From assembly GCA_951406725.2 (NCBI GenBank), contig OX597814.1:132556001-132620000 (forward strand): a stretch of DNA of 64,000 bases, read 5' to 3'. The DNA comes from Octopus vulgaris. Taxonomy: Eukaryota. A model generated the notes under the pieces. The model saw only the letters and a list, made by a program, of their open reading frames with translations, had not been told where the DNA came from and searched no databases. Below are positions 24,210 to 38,200 of this stretch, one piece after another. Within the stretch, counting starts at the first letter, position 1, and each line of letters starts with the position of its first letter. Position numbers and translations under genes: made by a program.

Positions 24210-24498
24210 AGCACTCCCTCGGTTACGACGACGAGGTCCCCAGCTGATACGATCAACGGAACAGCTTGCTCATGTAATTAACGTGCAAGTGACTGAGCAA
24301 TCCACAGACACGCGCACCCCTAACGTAGTTCTCAGGGAGATTCAGCGTGACACAAAGTGTGACAAGGCCGGCCCTTTGAAATACAGGTACAACTCATTTT
24401 TGCCAGCTGAGTGAACTGGAGCAACGTGAAATAAAGTGTCTTGCTCAAGGACAAGACGCGTCGCCGGGAATCGAACTCACGACCTTACAATCGTGAGC
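24208..24498 (-). mobile_element. SINE family B variant embedded in (TA)n
   Basis: Shares the GTTGCTCCAGT-CACTCAGCTGGCAAAAATGAGT block with 13960-14222; B box GTTCGATTCC. Confidence 0.75.
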
Positions 24499-24805
24499 CT
24501 ATATATATATATATATTCTCTTACAAAGATAAAAAGAACCGCTGCAATAAGTGTGTGAATCTGAGAGGGGGAATATGTTGAATAAAATCATAATTAACTA
24601 ATCCTCCAGTGTTTTCTTCTACTCAAGGCCAGGAACTTTTCAGTACCCCCTTGTACATCTTAAATTTAGTAGAAATAGTAAAAGATTAAGCAGTTCATTG
24701 TGAAGTGATATTCATATCATACTATTCAATGTAGATTCGAATTGGAACTTGGCATTATATTCTATCTGTTGCGTTTTATCTTCCATTTTCTTCTCTAATT
24801 TTCAG

Positions 24806-24871
24806 GACGGATCCTCTTACACGTTTTCTAAAGTCAAATCATCGTCAAGAAGTAGCTATGAGAGTATTTAA
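24806..24871 (+). CDS. Exon 7 (terminal coding) of ATG27/CD-M6PR-like gene
   Basis: ttttcAG acceptor; DGSSYTFSKVKSSSRSSYESI-stop; KDG across the junction and C-terminal YxxPhi (YESI) sorting motif. Confidence 0.88.
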   Translation, partial: DGSSYTFSKVKSSSRSSYESI

Positions 24872-24872
24872 G

Positions 24873-24878
24873 AATAAA
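24873..24878 (+). promoter_or_regulatory. Candidate polyadenylation signal
   Basis: AATAAA just after the TAA stop codon; weak evidence in AT-rich DNA. Confidence 0.3.
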
Positions 24879-24933
24879 ATTCAAAACTTAACATGAATTC
24901 ATCAAAATACTTCTATAAGAGCCCAACAACAAC

Positions 24934-24975
<42 letters not shown>

Positions 24976-25297
24976 TAACTTTTTTTTAAATTCTTATTTT
25001 TATTTATTTTTTTGATTTTTTATTATTTTTATGTATTAGACATTCACTAGTACAACACCAAAAAAAAAAAAAAACCAAATATATGGCACAGAACTTCCAA
25101 CCTGTTGTCTCTTGAGGTCTCTGGGTGAGACTTGGAGCCAACTTGTACAGACATAGAGCAAAAGTCAAACATAGAATAATAATAATAACAATAATAATAA
25201 TAATAATAATACAAGACTGAAGTTACTCTCCACGAAGGTAAAGATACTGTTAGAAACAATAAGAAGAATGCGACTGTTGTTGGTAATAAATAGAGTC

Positions 25298-25592
25298 AAC
25301 GGAAAGAAGATGTCATATAATATATATCCACGGATGTGTCTTTGTGTCTGTGTTTGTTCTCCCACCCTCAGTTTGACAACCAGTGTTGGCGTGCTTACGT
25401 CCTCATAACTTAGCAGTTCGCCAAAAGAATCAGAATAAATACCAGGCTAAAACAAATAAGAACTGAGCTCTATTCATTCGACTAAAATTGTTCAATGTGG
25501 TGCCCGGCATGGCCACAATCTAATGACTGAAACAAGTAAAAGATAAAAGATTATTATATTTTTAAAGTCATTATCATATTTTAAAATCATTA

Positions 25593-25638
<46 letters not shown>

Positions 25639-25709
25639 AAAGAGCGCGACTGTTATTGGTAATAAATAGAGATTGACTCTATTTATTACCAATAACAGTC
25701 GCGCTCTTT

Positions 25710-25758
<49 letters not shown>

Positions 25759-26051
25759 TGATTTTAAAATATGATAATGACTTTAAAAATATAATAATCT
25801 TTTATCTTTTACTTGTTTCAGTCATTAGATTGAGGCCATGCCGGGCACCACATTGAACAATTTTAGTCGAATGAATAGAGCTCAGTTCTTATTTGTTTTT
25901 AGCCTGGTATTTATTCTGATTCTTTTGGCGAACTGCTAAGTTATGAGGACGTAAGCACGCCAACACTGGTTGTCAAACTGAGGGTGGGAGAACAAACACA
26001 GACACAAAGACACATCCGTGGATATATATTATATGACAGCTTCTTTCCGTT
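25298..26051. repeat. Near-perfect long palindrome, ~374-bp arms, 5-bp spacer
   Basis: Arms 25298-25671 and 25677-26051 cover a SINE A segment, (ATT)n and unique DNA; only a few differences. Confidence 0.92.
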
Positions 26052-26268
26052 TCCGACCACCAAATCCACTCACAAGGTTTTTGGTCGTCCCGAGGTTATA
26101 GAAGAAGACACTTGCTCAAGGTGTCACATAGTAAGACTGAACCCGGAACCATGTGGTTAGGAAGCAAACTTCTTACCACACTGCCACGCATGCGTCTAAT
26201 AAACGTTTTGCCTGTCCGTTTTAAAATAATTTGTCACATCTGAGTAAGTACAAAAATCTTTTAAGCTA

Positions 26269-26980
26269 TGTTATAATATTCATTTGAACTTTGAACCCTG
26301 CATTGTGGTAGGGCGTGTGAGATAATTGTACACCCAGTTTTGGTGACAGTTTTTCTGTGAGACAAGGTTCAATTGGATTCTGGAAGCTGTGATTGCCTAT
26401 TTAGTTTCTGCATTTTGTGCTTTGTGTTAGACATTTGTGAAATTATTTTATGCTCCAGGAATTCGCCAGAACTTTTTGCTTGTCAGTTAAAAAATTTTCT
26501 GTGTCATATCGAAATCCAACGTTCTACATTCCAAGGTTCGGGACCCAAGGTTGAACAACGAATTGAAATACAAAGTTTATAACATTCCAAGGTTCGAAAC
26601 TCAAGGTTTAACACCGAATTGATAGACAGATTTTATGAAGTCACGGTTCGAAATCCACTGTCGAAATCCGACGTTTGAAAACCGAATGTTTACAAAACTG
26701 GAAATCTGGATTTTATGAAACCCAAAATTTTTGGAAAGCTACTTTTGAAAAACCAAGATATGGAGTCAGAACTTCTGAACGGTGTATATATGTTACCCTT
26801 GTAACTTTTGACTGCACGTTTGGTGTAGCCTTGGCTGTTTGTATATATATTTGTTGTAAGCTGTTTTTATGTTGATGATTAATAATAGTTTTATAAAGAA
26901 ATCATGGTGTTGTGTTGTTTTAAATTCACCCATTCCACGTTAATTCTGTGAATTCGGATTTTGGCCACCAGGTCGTAACA
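26269..26980 (+). mobile_element. Possible LTR followed by a PBS-like TGG
   Basis: TGTTAT...GTAACA termini, internal 56-bp tandem unit (ACATTCCAAGGTTCG), TGGCGC immediately downstream; no second LTR seen. Confidence 0.35.
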
Positions 26981-28139
26981 TGGCGCACTTAATTAAACAA
27001 AAGTCATCCTTTGCCGGGGCTCAGTGCACTACTACGTTACAAACTTCTGTTGCCAAACTTTTATTCAAACATACTAATGCTAAACTACGCCATTTGGAGC
27101 ACTAACTTTTTAGTTCTTGCCAAGTCCAATGTTTAAAATTGTGCACCCAAATCCATTCTTAGACACTGTTCATTCCTAGACGGGAATCACTGCGTTTCTG
27201 CGTTGAAAAACACTTCAAGGTTTTGAAACCCACATACTGACTGCAGTACTGTAAATCCCTTGAAACTTTGACAATGAAAATACTGCGTTTTTGCTTACTG
27301 CATTCAAAGTGGGCCGAAGTCAGGGCGATATTTGAACTCAGTTAATGCAGTCAGCCCATGTACCAATTTACATTGCACTTAGCTCGATACACTGTGTATG
27401 GAATCAGCAAAATATTGCAGTATTTATATGTTGACGTTTCATGGGATTTCCGGTAGATTCTCCCAATAATCAATTTTAGGTTAGACTCGGTGGTAAGACC
27501 GCTACTAAAACATTACTTACGACTGCAATGGTGCCCATGTTACACTCAAATGTCCTATAGCAGGGACAGGCCGCTTTCCGGCTTTCGATAGATGTCTTAC
27601 CTTTCATTGCTATCTTTTCTTTGAGGAGATCCTGGACTATATTATACTACAGAATTACGCATTTCACACCGCAGGAAAAGGCGGACCGGCGTTAACGGGT
27701 TACCGTTGGCGGGTCAGCCACTTATTGCAGTTCGACCGTGATACGATCTCCATTGCATAATCCCCGCCTTCTCGTGACCTCGGCCAATTGGCTATCCCCT
27801 TATGCACGTGTTCTCGTGTGTCCCTCCGGGTTATTTGGCTTACGGGGTCGATTTCCCTGTCGCAACGGCCCGTCCATTCGCTTCTACAAGCAAACAACCT
27901 TCTGGAAAAGTTTCTTAGAAGTCCTCCTGGTTAAAACAGTGTTGTGAATCCCACATTTCAGAAACACATCCAACCATTCGATTACTTCCCTCACAGTAAG
28001 TTGGTCATAGCCACTATTCGGTTTTTGCTTACATACTACCCATACATACATCATGACAACTAATCAACATTCAATCACTCTCCCCATTTTAATGACGGTC
28101 GTACTTAACGATTGTTTAAACAGCCCAATCCCCAGAAAT

Positions 28140-28520
28140 GCTCACTTGTGAAATACACATTTGATGACTCGCTCTCTGTGTCTACATCTGATAAACCCAA
28201 ATATAACCCTACACACCTTTGCAATGCTCACTACAACTTTGCATAATCGGATAGCGCCGGGCAGCACTGATACAGAGAGATATACAACACGAGTGACTAC
28301 ACGGACGGATAAATACTTATTTGTCATAGACTTAGTGATGTCAGATTGCATTGTCAACTCTAACCTTAACCTAAATAAAACTCTATAAAAAGTTGGAATG
28401 CCAAATTCATTTTTACACTACCGATTGAGGTCCGGACTGCTGTAATGTAGATTGAAACATAACTAGACCCTCTAAGTATTTACTACTTTGACCCGTGCAA
28501 CGCCGGGTATTATTGCTATA
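28140..28520 (+). mobile_element. Helitron-like non-autonomous 3' end
   Basis: ACCCGTGCAACGCCGGGT hairpin + TATTGCTA, similar to 19979-20006. Confidence 0.45.
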
Positions 28521-28959
28521 CACACACACACACACACACATACACACACACACACATACACACACACGCATACACGCACACATACACGCACACGCGCACA
28601 CGCACACACACGCACGCACACACACGCACACACATATATACTTATATGCCCACAGATGCAAATTCACTAACAAGGCATTAGTTGGTCCGGCACTATAGTA
28701 GAAAAACTCTTGCTCAAGGTGACGCACAGTGGGACTAAACCCAAAGCCAGGTGATTCCCAAAAGGGCTTCTCATGCCTGCAACTACGACTCTGTGTGTGT
28801 GTGTATGTGTGTGTGTGTGTGTGTCCCCGTCCGTCCGTCCGAACAGCTGAGTATTTTAGCTCAAATCTTGCTTCAGGAATATCTTTATGCGTAATTGTAG
28901 TTGCTCCTCCACTATCTTATGCGTGCATCACTCTAAGATGTATAGGTGAAATAAACATC

Positions 28960-30379
28960 AGGGGTGCTCCGCCTCAAACACAGACTGAAGCAGTTACTCA
29001 GAGATTTTGCAAGCTCTTCTAAACCCATTGCAATCGATTGCAAAGCTGGTTACACTTCCATATCGTCAGCAGTTATCCCAGGGTCACAAGCGTTTCGCTT
29101 CTTAGCCTGTATGCTTTGCACGAGTGGAGTACGAATGACTGAACGAATCTTTGCCGGCCAACCTGTGTACCTATATCCTAGGTGGCTTTCTTCAGCTGAC
29201 TGGGTTCCAGCCCCATCATCTGTAGGAAATAGCGCATCGACCACGCTCAAAAGGCTCGGTAACCGACTTCAATAGGAAATTAAACTGGGTACCATCATTT
29301 TGGCAAGAACCTTGTCGACTAAGCCCGAATATTTAGTTTTCCTTAGCTGGTGGGAAATATAGAATTTGTTCTCCAAGGGTACTGTGAGTTCGACTGCGAA
29401 GATTGCTTTCGTATTCTTTGAGAGCAGGAGCATATTGGATCGGCATGATGTTACCGCTATCTCTTCTGGGAAGATGAATCTGTCCTTCAGGTTTATTAAC
29501 ATATTTCAGTCAGAAGCTGGATGCAAAATATAAAACGGGTCCCCAGCATTTGTTTTCTTCTTTGGAGCCATGTTGCCATATCTTAGTAATCTGATACCGT
29601 TTAACTGTGGTGTTGGCTGGTATTTGTTCACCTTTAACCCTTTGCACATCAATCAACTAGGCGGTTTCTGCAAGGACCTTGTCGTGTCTCCACTTGTAGC
29701 AGCCTTCAGCCGGTGCCCTAGTGCACTCGATCAAAATGTAGTTACACACCGGTTGCAAGATGAGTCTTCTTTTTCTGTGCCCCATATTTTAAGGTTATTT
29801 GGAGTTGGCAAGAGGTCAGTGACAGCACGTAGGATGAAGGAAGTCTTCCCAGAGTTCTTTCCAAGAAGGCGGATGCTCCAGTGCCTAGTCCCACTATATC
29901 CAATGTCCCTAGTGTGTAAACTCTACTCCCTTCACCCAGAGATCTTAGTCTATTGAACAACGGATCCTTTGGTAAAAAGGTAAATAAGTCAAATATAGAC
30001 AAACCACAACTGGTGAGTGGGTTTACCCCTTTCGTTACTGTATTTATTTTGAGATGCTCTGTGTTTCTTTCAATTACTTTAAATATAACAAAGAATTTAG
30101 TAAAATAACCTAGTTATCATTCAGCTAGTGTTAGGAACATAAATTGTGACTAAGGTTTGATGGAAGATTTTAATTCAGAACTTATGAAAACAAGACATTT
30201 GTACTCAGAACCAGAGCCGGTTTCAGCCGGGTTGGTAACGAAAGGGTTAAAGGCATTGACATACCTTTTTGTCCTTTTTGTAAGCTTGTATGTATGTGTA
30301 TATATAAGTATACGTATCTGTACATTATATATATATATATGAGAGAGAGAGTGTGTGTGGTATGTGTGTGTGTGTGTGT

Positions 30380-30421
<42 letters not shown>

Positions 30422-31940
30422 TGTGTCTGTCTGTCTGTCTGACTCTCTCATCCTCAGACAAGCAAATTGCTAATTGCTCTTCCCTACGTGGCTTTGAATT
30501 CGTCTACTACTAACGAAATTGGTAGGCGGGACTTAGAAGCCTTGCCGTACAGATTGACTGAGCAAGAAGTTGCGGGAAAGCCCAGCCACCTTCGCACGAA
30601 TTCTCCACTGCCTCTGTCCGAGTCATGCCGAAGATGCAAAGTAAAAATGGCCACTACAGGCTGCGTATGACGCCATACTGGAAGCACCATACCTTGAAAT
30701 TTTAAGGTAGCTGGTTTTTATCAACTACCTTCAGCCAGTCTAGTTGAATTTTAGTGTCTTCGCCATTGTCAATATCCTTAAGGGTATATTCGTAATTTTT
30801 CTCAAGGCATCGGACTCCTTATTTTCTGAAATGCTTGAACTCCCAGAGCCCTGAATGCTGAAGATATCATTTATCAATATTCCTTTGAGGATATTCAAAC
30901 TCAGAGATTTCACTGAATTGAACTTTTAGAGGGACCATATCACCATCTTTTCCAGCTATCTCAAAGTCCTCCATTCCTCGTCGTCACGGAAGCACTGCAA
31001 AGCTAAACTTTCTGTGTTTTCGTTAGTTTTGGGCCTCCTTCCTACCTGTTGCAGTAGATTAATGGTCGCCACAAACAGCATCATGTAAATTAGGCATCTT
31101 GCCAATATACCTTCTTCCAGTCTCTGCCACTTAGTGGTTACATTTTCCACGGTGAACATAATCCTCAGCAAATCTGTGTGCCATTATGAGACCGATTACT
31201 TATGCTGGTATTTAGTAGTACTCGAATGCGCTTATGTCTATCTAGTCGGCACGCTTTGGCAAGAGCCAACTATACAACAAAGAAAGAGTTATTGTTCCTC
31301 TTGCCTTCTTAATGGCATTGCCGATGTGTGTTCGAGGCATCCAGAGTAGCCTGAGAACTCTCCTTTCTGGACACTCGTATCGATGCACTCGTTGGCCAGG
31401 AGATGTGATGTTAACCTTATAGCAATGGTTTTCCTAAAGATTTTCCCCTCAACATCTAAAAGAGAGATCGGAACTGTGGAAGTTTTTGAGTTTTCTTCTT
31501 TCGAAACGAAACAGCACCCTACGAGTGTCCAGAACAAGGTCTCCTTCTACTTCTTCCAGATCAAATGTGAAAGTTTTGCTATCCTACTCAACAGCAATAG
31601 GCATTTTTTGTTTGTTTTGTATATTCTATAAGCGGGACCAGATCGCTACGAAGCAGAACTTATGTGCGCTTTTACCACCACTGCCTCACTTTGTCGAAAG
31701 TGAAGTTTGCCGTGCTGAAAGGAGTATAAGGTTTGAGCATTGGCAGTGGAAATGGGAAATCATCTGCTAACGGAATATCTCTTCTGGGGTCACCATGCAT
31801 TGCTGCTAGTCTGCACTCCATCTCATCCCTGGAGCATATTAATTTCCCACTTTATGATTTTCTGGGGAGGTTAGCTGTGAACTGAAAGAGGTTGGCGTTT
31901 TTAAAAAAAGGTCTTACTTTGCCTCATGGCTCTAGTACTT
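28960..31940 (-). mobile_element. Degraded Hero-clade (RLE) non-LTR retrotransposon, interrupted at ~30025-30440
   Basis: ISLLDVEGKIF..RLTSHLLANECIDTSVQKG..GCLEHTS; TTKWQRLEEGI..LF; FPEEIAVT..ELTVPLE..RKTKYSGL. Confidence 0.8.
30027..30246. mobile_element. piggyBac-type MITE
   Basis: CCCTTTCGTTAC...GTAACGAAAGGG|TTAA; left TTAA is imperfect. Confidence 0.75.
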
Positions 31941-31959
31941 TCTAGTTCTAAAGAATATA

Positions 31960-32362
31960 CTCATTTACTCTTTTACTTGTTTCAGTCATGTGACTGTGGC
32001 CATACTGGAGCATTAGTCGAGCAAATCGACCCCAGGACTTATTCTTTGTAATCCTAGTACTTATTCTATCGGTCTCTTTTACCGAACCGCTAGATTACGG
32101 TGACGTAAACACACGATCATCGATTGTCAAGCGTTGTTGGGTGGGTAAGGGGTGTCAAACACAGACGCGCAAAAACATACACATATACATACATATATAC
32201 GACGGGCTTCTTTCAGTTTCCGTCTACAAAATCCACTGACAAGGCTTTGGTCGACCCGAGGCTATAGCAGAAGACACTTGCCCAAGGTGCCACGCAGTGG
32301 GACTGAAACCGAAACCATGTGATTCATAAGCACGCTACTTACCACACAGCCACTCCTACGTC
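31960..32362 (-). mobile_element. SINE family A
   Basis: Full-length similarity to 2976-3370. Confidence 0.82.
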
Positions 32363-32884
32363 TATAAAATGTCTACTCTTGAGAAATGGTAATGCGATTA
32401 TCAGAAATTGTGATACTTAGCGTCTATAGCAAATATCGGTTCATTTATAAAATAATGATCTAAGACCATATGAAATGCGTTATTGTGAACTTTAAGGAGA
32501 ATTGACTATCATTTCCTTATGGCAAGATATTTTCAGGATTACTGCTATGTTGGTCGTGTCTAATATGAAGTCTTTTAGTTGCATGAAAATTGCGTAGGGT
32601 ACGACAAACTCAAAAGGAGTGGAAAAATGTGGTATCATTTGAGGATTCGCATGTGTCATTCTAAGGTACGAAGCATAATTTAAGTTATATAAATGAAACA
32701 TGGATGTAGGTATGAGAGTACATCGACAACATTAATTGCAATGAAATGGTATCGTAGGAACGTTCCTACTCAAAAATGGAGCTCATGAATGGGTAGTCTA
32801 GATAGGAAGTTATATTGTTAGAGTGTATCAAAAGATGTTAAAAACACAAGAACACATTCGCTTGGTGTTATATTATATTCTTAT

Positions 32885-33067
32885 ATTTTGGAGCATCACC
32901 TTTAAAGATTTTAGTCGAGCAAATTGACTCCAGGACTTATTTTCTAAGTTTAGTACTTATTTGTTGTTTTCTTTTGCCGAACCGCTACTTTACAGGGACA
33001 TAAACACACCAGCCTCGGTTGTCAGGCGGTGATGGTGTGACAAACACAGACACAAAGACAAACATAT

Positions 33068-33068
<1 letters not shown>
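32885..33068 (-). mobile_element. SINE family A, 3' half (5' half at 40441-40592), split by LINE insertions
   Basis: Sequence resumes at 40441 with ATACGACGGACTTCTTTCA, where the intact SINE continues after its internal microsatellite. Confidence 0.75.
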
Positions 33069-33122
<54 letters not shown>

Positions 33123-33123
<1 letters not shown>

Positions 33124-34835
33124 CTTTTTTTATTGGCCACACACGGCTGAACACAGAGGGGACAAACACAAATGTAGAGCTTTTCTTTTAGAAAATGAAA
33201 AAGAAAGAAAAAAAAAGAGAAAAAAAAGTAAAATTCCGATCAAAAGGGATCGGAAAATAAAAGGTGATCAAAAGGGTTTGTGTATCACAGAAGAAGTTTT
33301 AAAATGTAAGAAGCAAGATTAGGTTTATCCGTGGAAAGAAAAGCCTACGGAAAAGACCACGGTAACCTCATGAGAGCAAAATGCTCTCTCTCTCTCTCTT
33401 CGATTTACAGCATCATGCTCAAAGTGGTTTCGTCACTCGCACGCACCATCTTTGCTACATCAACCAACCTTTTTTTGAAACATTCACGAGACAAAACCTG
33501 CCTCTTTATTCTCACCTTCCTTTACAAGTGGTACTTGAAAAAGTTAATGAGCGATTGTCCAGAGAGGTAAGTGTTTGTCTCTAGTCCTTTCGCTCGAGTC
33601 CACCACACACATTCTTTCATCATGGCCACCAGTACGATAAAGACTGCCTTGCCTTCCTGATTGAAGGAAGGTGGCGGAGTAACTGTGACGATAGACTCGG
33701 CCGACAGGCGGACTCGTTCCACACGTGACAGCAGCCGTTCAGCATAAGCCCACAGATCCGAAATGGTTGGACAATGAGCGAGTGCGTGCAGAACGGTTTC
33801 GTCGCTCTGACTGCATCTCGGGCAAGTCGGTCCGGTGTGTCTCGAACCGTGCCATTAGAACTTATCCTGAACAGGTAATGCTTCTCAATAGTACTGCCAG
33901 GCCAGGGATCGTTGGTGATTGTCCCTAGGTCCCAGTCCGAGAGTTGTCCTGAACAGGCGGGTCAGGTGTTCCTCGTCGACGCCCAGATTCTGCCCGAGAA
34001 CGTCGTCGCACCTCCCCTCCACTAATCCTTTATAGAACGCTTTTGTTGTAATGAAGTCGCACAAGTTTGATCCCGGACGGCACAGTTGATTGACAGCAAC
34101 GCGACACTCGCGGTGCCATTCGCCTAGCCTCGATCCACGACTGCAGTTCGGCCAAGGAGACGAGCTGCGGGAAAGCGCGCCTCACAAACGGCGACCACAC
34201 CTGTTCACCGTCGTCTGTGAAGCGCCGGAGATGCGCATGTCTTCGCATCATCAACTACGACATGCTAGTCCTCCATTTAGCGGGTTTCGACAGTAAATGT
34301 ATCGCCTAACCATCGGATAGCTTCCCTTCCACAAGAAGCGGAAGAGTATGCGCTCCAGTTTGGTGATGGTAGGGTCGGGACAAGGCACAACGATCAGACG
34401 GTACTCGATGACAGATGCGATGTACGCGTTCGCCATCTCCGCCCGACCTTTTAGGGATAGCTTCCTCTCGGCCCATTGCTGGGTGAGAGTGGCCAACCTA
34501 GTCGTTATTTCGCCCCAGTTCTTCTCCATTTGGAGGTCCGGACCGAACGAGACTCCGAGTAATTTAACTGGTCCGTCGGTCCAGCGTCCCACGATGGAGA
34601 CGCCTTTGGACGGCATGGAATTGCTTTTCCAGGTGCTGAGGCGCAAGCCCAATGATTTTTCCCGGTTAATTTTTGCTCCCGTTACCACTTCGTATTCTTT
34701 TAGTGTCTCGCCGACCAGGTCGATGTGCTTGTGACTCGACACTATGACGGTGACGTCGTCCGCCTGTGCAGACACGCACTTCCCAGCTCTCGTGGGATGC
34801 CCCTCAGCGTCGCCAGCTTCCGCAGTAGTGGCTCA
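33123..34835 (-). mobile_element. 5'-truncated L1/Tx1-clade LINE (copy B)
   Basis: SAQADDVTV, TGAKINREKS, ERKLSLKGRA, GGL; AATAAA then (TATC)n at the 3' end; homologous to copy A. Confidence 0.9.
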
Positions 34836-34839
34836 ATAG

Positions 34840-34927
<88 letters not shown>

Positions 34928-35077
34928 CTTTTTATTGTAGCCACACAGGGCTAAACACAGAATAAAAATGGACGAAATACAATGTAGAATTTTTTCTTTT
35001 CGAGGTGGGATGGGTGGGGCACAAAAAAAACACGTTTGATCAATAGGGATCTGTGGGTTGTGTGGTGTATAAAAAAG

Positions 35078-35115
<38 letters not shown>

Positions 35116-35208
35116 TCACAGTTTAAGTGTAGCCTTGGAAAGAAAAACCTACAAAAAAGACCAAGGTCACCTCAGACAATTCGAAAAAGAACACATGAGT
35201 AAGTCGCC

Positions 35209-38200
35209 TCACTTCTCGTTGTCTCTTTTGGTTACAGATTTATGCTTAATTTTTGCCACTTTTACCCCCTTTTTATTAAAACATTCGTTCGACAAAGCCT
35301 TCCTCTCTATTCTCATCCTCCTTTTCAAGTGGTACTTGAAAAAGTTGACGAACAGGTAGTGCGTCGTCCTGAACAGGCGGGTTAGGAATTTCTCGTCGAC
35401 GCCCAGGTTTGCCCCGAGTGTGTCGTCGGACCTCCCCTCCACTAGTCCTCTATAGAACGCTTTAGTCGTTTGTAAGTTGCACAAGTTTGACCCCGGTCGG
35501 CAGAGCTGCTGTAGAGCTTGGCGACACTCTCGGTGCCAATCGCCCAGTTTCGGTCTCTTTTTGATCCACGTTTGCAGTTCGGTCAGTGAGACGAGCTGCG
35601 GAAAGGCGCGCCTCACAAACGGCGCCCACACCTGTTCACCGTCGTCGATGAAGTTCCAGAGATGCCGCAGTCTCAGCGTATGCCTGCGCATCATCAACCA
35701 CGGCATTCCCAGTCCTCCATTCAACGAATGTTGACAGCAAATGGACTTCCTCACCATCGGAACGCCACCCTTCCACAGGAAGCGGAAGAGTATGCGTTCC
35801 AGTTTGGTGATGGTGGCGTCGGGACAAGGCACGACGGCCAGGCGGTAATCGATGACGGATGCGATGTACGCCACCTCCGCCCGGCCTTTTAGAGACAGCT
35901 TTCTCTCGGCTCATGTTTGGCTGAGAGCGACCACTTTACTCGTGATCTCGTCCCAGTTCTTATCCATTTGGAGGTCCGGACTGAACCAGACCCCGAGCAA
36001 TTTAACCGGTCCGTCCGTCCAGCGTCCCACTACTAAGCCGCAGTCGGACGGCATGGGCTTGCTTCTCCAGGTGCCGAGTAGCAAACCCACTGACTTTTCC
36101 GAGTTAATCTTCGCTCCCGTCACCGTTTCATATTTTCTTTGTGTCTCGCCTATCATCTGGATGTGTTTGTCGCTCGACACTATGACGGTGACATCGTCCG
36201 CATATGCCGACACGCTCGTCCCGCGACCCAGTTCCCGTGGGATGCCCCTCAGTGTCGCCAGCTTCCGCAGTAGCGGCTCGAGAGTCAATACATACAGAAG
36301 CGCCGACAGGGGACACCCCTGACGGACCGAACGCGTGATGTCAAACGGTTTCGACAGGTGACCGTTTACCCGAATCACCGATCGGATGCTGCTATACAAG
36401 GCAGCGATCCAACCGCGGAAGACGGGACCGAAGCCAGCCGCCCTGAGGACGGCCGCCAAGATCCAAATTTATCAGCGCCCCACCCATGCCAGGATCCTTA
36501 ACTACCCTGTCCACAATTTAGCGCATCAGATGGAGGTTGTCATGTATGGTTCTGCCCGGCACGGCGCATGTTTGAGCCCTGTCGACCAGTTTACCAATGA
36601 CAAGCGCCAACCTCTCGGCTATTACTTTGGCCAAAATTTTCAAATCTGCGTTGAGCAGAGTGATGGGCCTGAAATTATCTATAAAATTCTCCTTGTTTGG
36701 GTCTTTCTTCAGCAACGTCACTGCACCTCGGCTCACGAAACCGGGAATTCTCCCGTTTTGTTACCAGTTGCAGTAGAATGATGCCAAGAGGTCGTCAAAC
36801 AAGTCTGGCATTTGACAATACAGCTCGTAGGGTAAACCATCCAATCCAGGCGACTTATCCCTCGCGCAGCCCGCCATGGCATCCCGCACGTCAGCGGCTG
36901 TGATGGGACTTTCACAACACTCTGCTTCTCTTGCCGAGAGCCGCGGCAGGTCGGTCAGGTAGGCACTGAAATCCATCCCGCGTTCCGACCCACCACTCGC
37001 ACCAAACAATCGAGCAAAGTGCTGTTGAAAGGCCTCACACATCCTTTCGGGTTCGAGTAAACTGCATCCCTGTTGATCTATTAGAGACCGAATGGTGGCT
37101 CTGTTGCCACGCTGCGCCTCCGCTACCCGGGCCTCTCGCGCAGCTTCGATCCCTTCATTCCTTAAGGCACGCATTTTAGCTCTGACGACGCAACCTTCGT
37201 GCTTGGCGTTGAGGTGTTGGTCGAGGGCCATCCTCGCAGCCATCACGTTGGTTGCGCTGCCAGTGGTAAGTGCCTCTTCTAGTTTCTTAACTAGGTCTCC
37301 CTCTACTCTGTTTCGATCTATCGCTAATTCCTTGCTAAACCTAATTGATTCCGATTTTATTGCCATTTTCAGGGTGAACCACCAGCGGTTGTTAACGACG
37401 GCTCCCGTCAGCGCCCTCTTAATTAACTCGCTAATCCGGTTCCTGTAAACCTGTCGCGCTAAGAGCGACGTGTTCAGTTTCCAGTAACCGGGACCCTGTC
37501 TATGTGTCTTATCTAAGTCGAGCGTACACGTCACAAATTTGTGATCTGTGTAGCTGACTATTTTAAATTGTGGACATCCTACACTATCCCTATCCGCTGT
37601 CCTGCATAGAATTCTATCTAGATAAGATCTCGACGATCCGACGCGGTTTGTCCAAGTCCACGTTGGCACGTTCGGATGGTCGAGTCGGAACCTGTCAGAC
37701 AAATGGAAACGTCTGAGTAGGTCTTTGAGGCACTTACACCCCCTTCTATTCCTATCCATTCCCACATAATCTAGATGCGTGTCCAAGGTAGCGTTCCAAC
37801 GCCCTACTAACAGTAAAGGTCTAGACGTACCCAGGAAAACCTCTAGACGTCTGAAGAAATCCGCCCGACCCGTTAAGGACGGTGCATAAACTGCCATCAG
37901 ACGGAATGCACACCCATTTCTGCCATCCACGTCCAAAACAACCAGCCTACCCTCCGGGTCTAGGAAATTGTTCTTACTTTTACATTTAGACTCTTTCGAA
38001 AAAGCACCGCGGTACCTCCACCACCCATGTTCGGCAGACAGGGAGAAAAATAAATGTCAAATTGATCGCCAAACATGGACGCGAGGGCCCGCGGCTTGCT
38101 GAGTCTGGTTTCACTGATAGCTACTATATCCACGTTCAGTGACTTGATGTCGTTTAGAAGGTAACCTTGCTTCCAAGCCGACGCCAAGCCACGCGCATTC

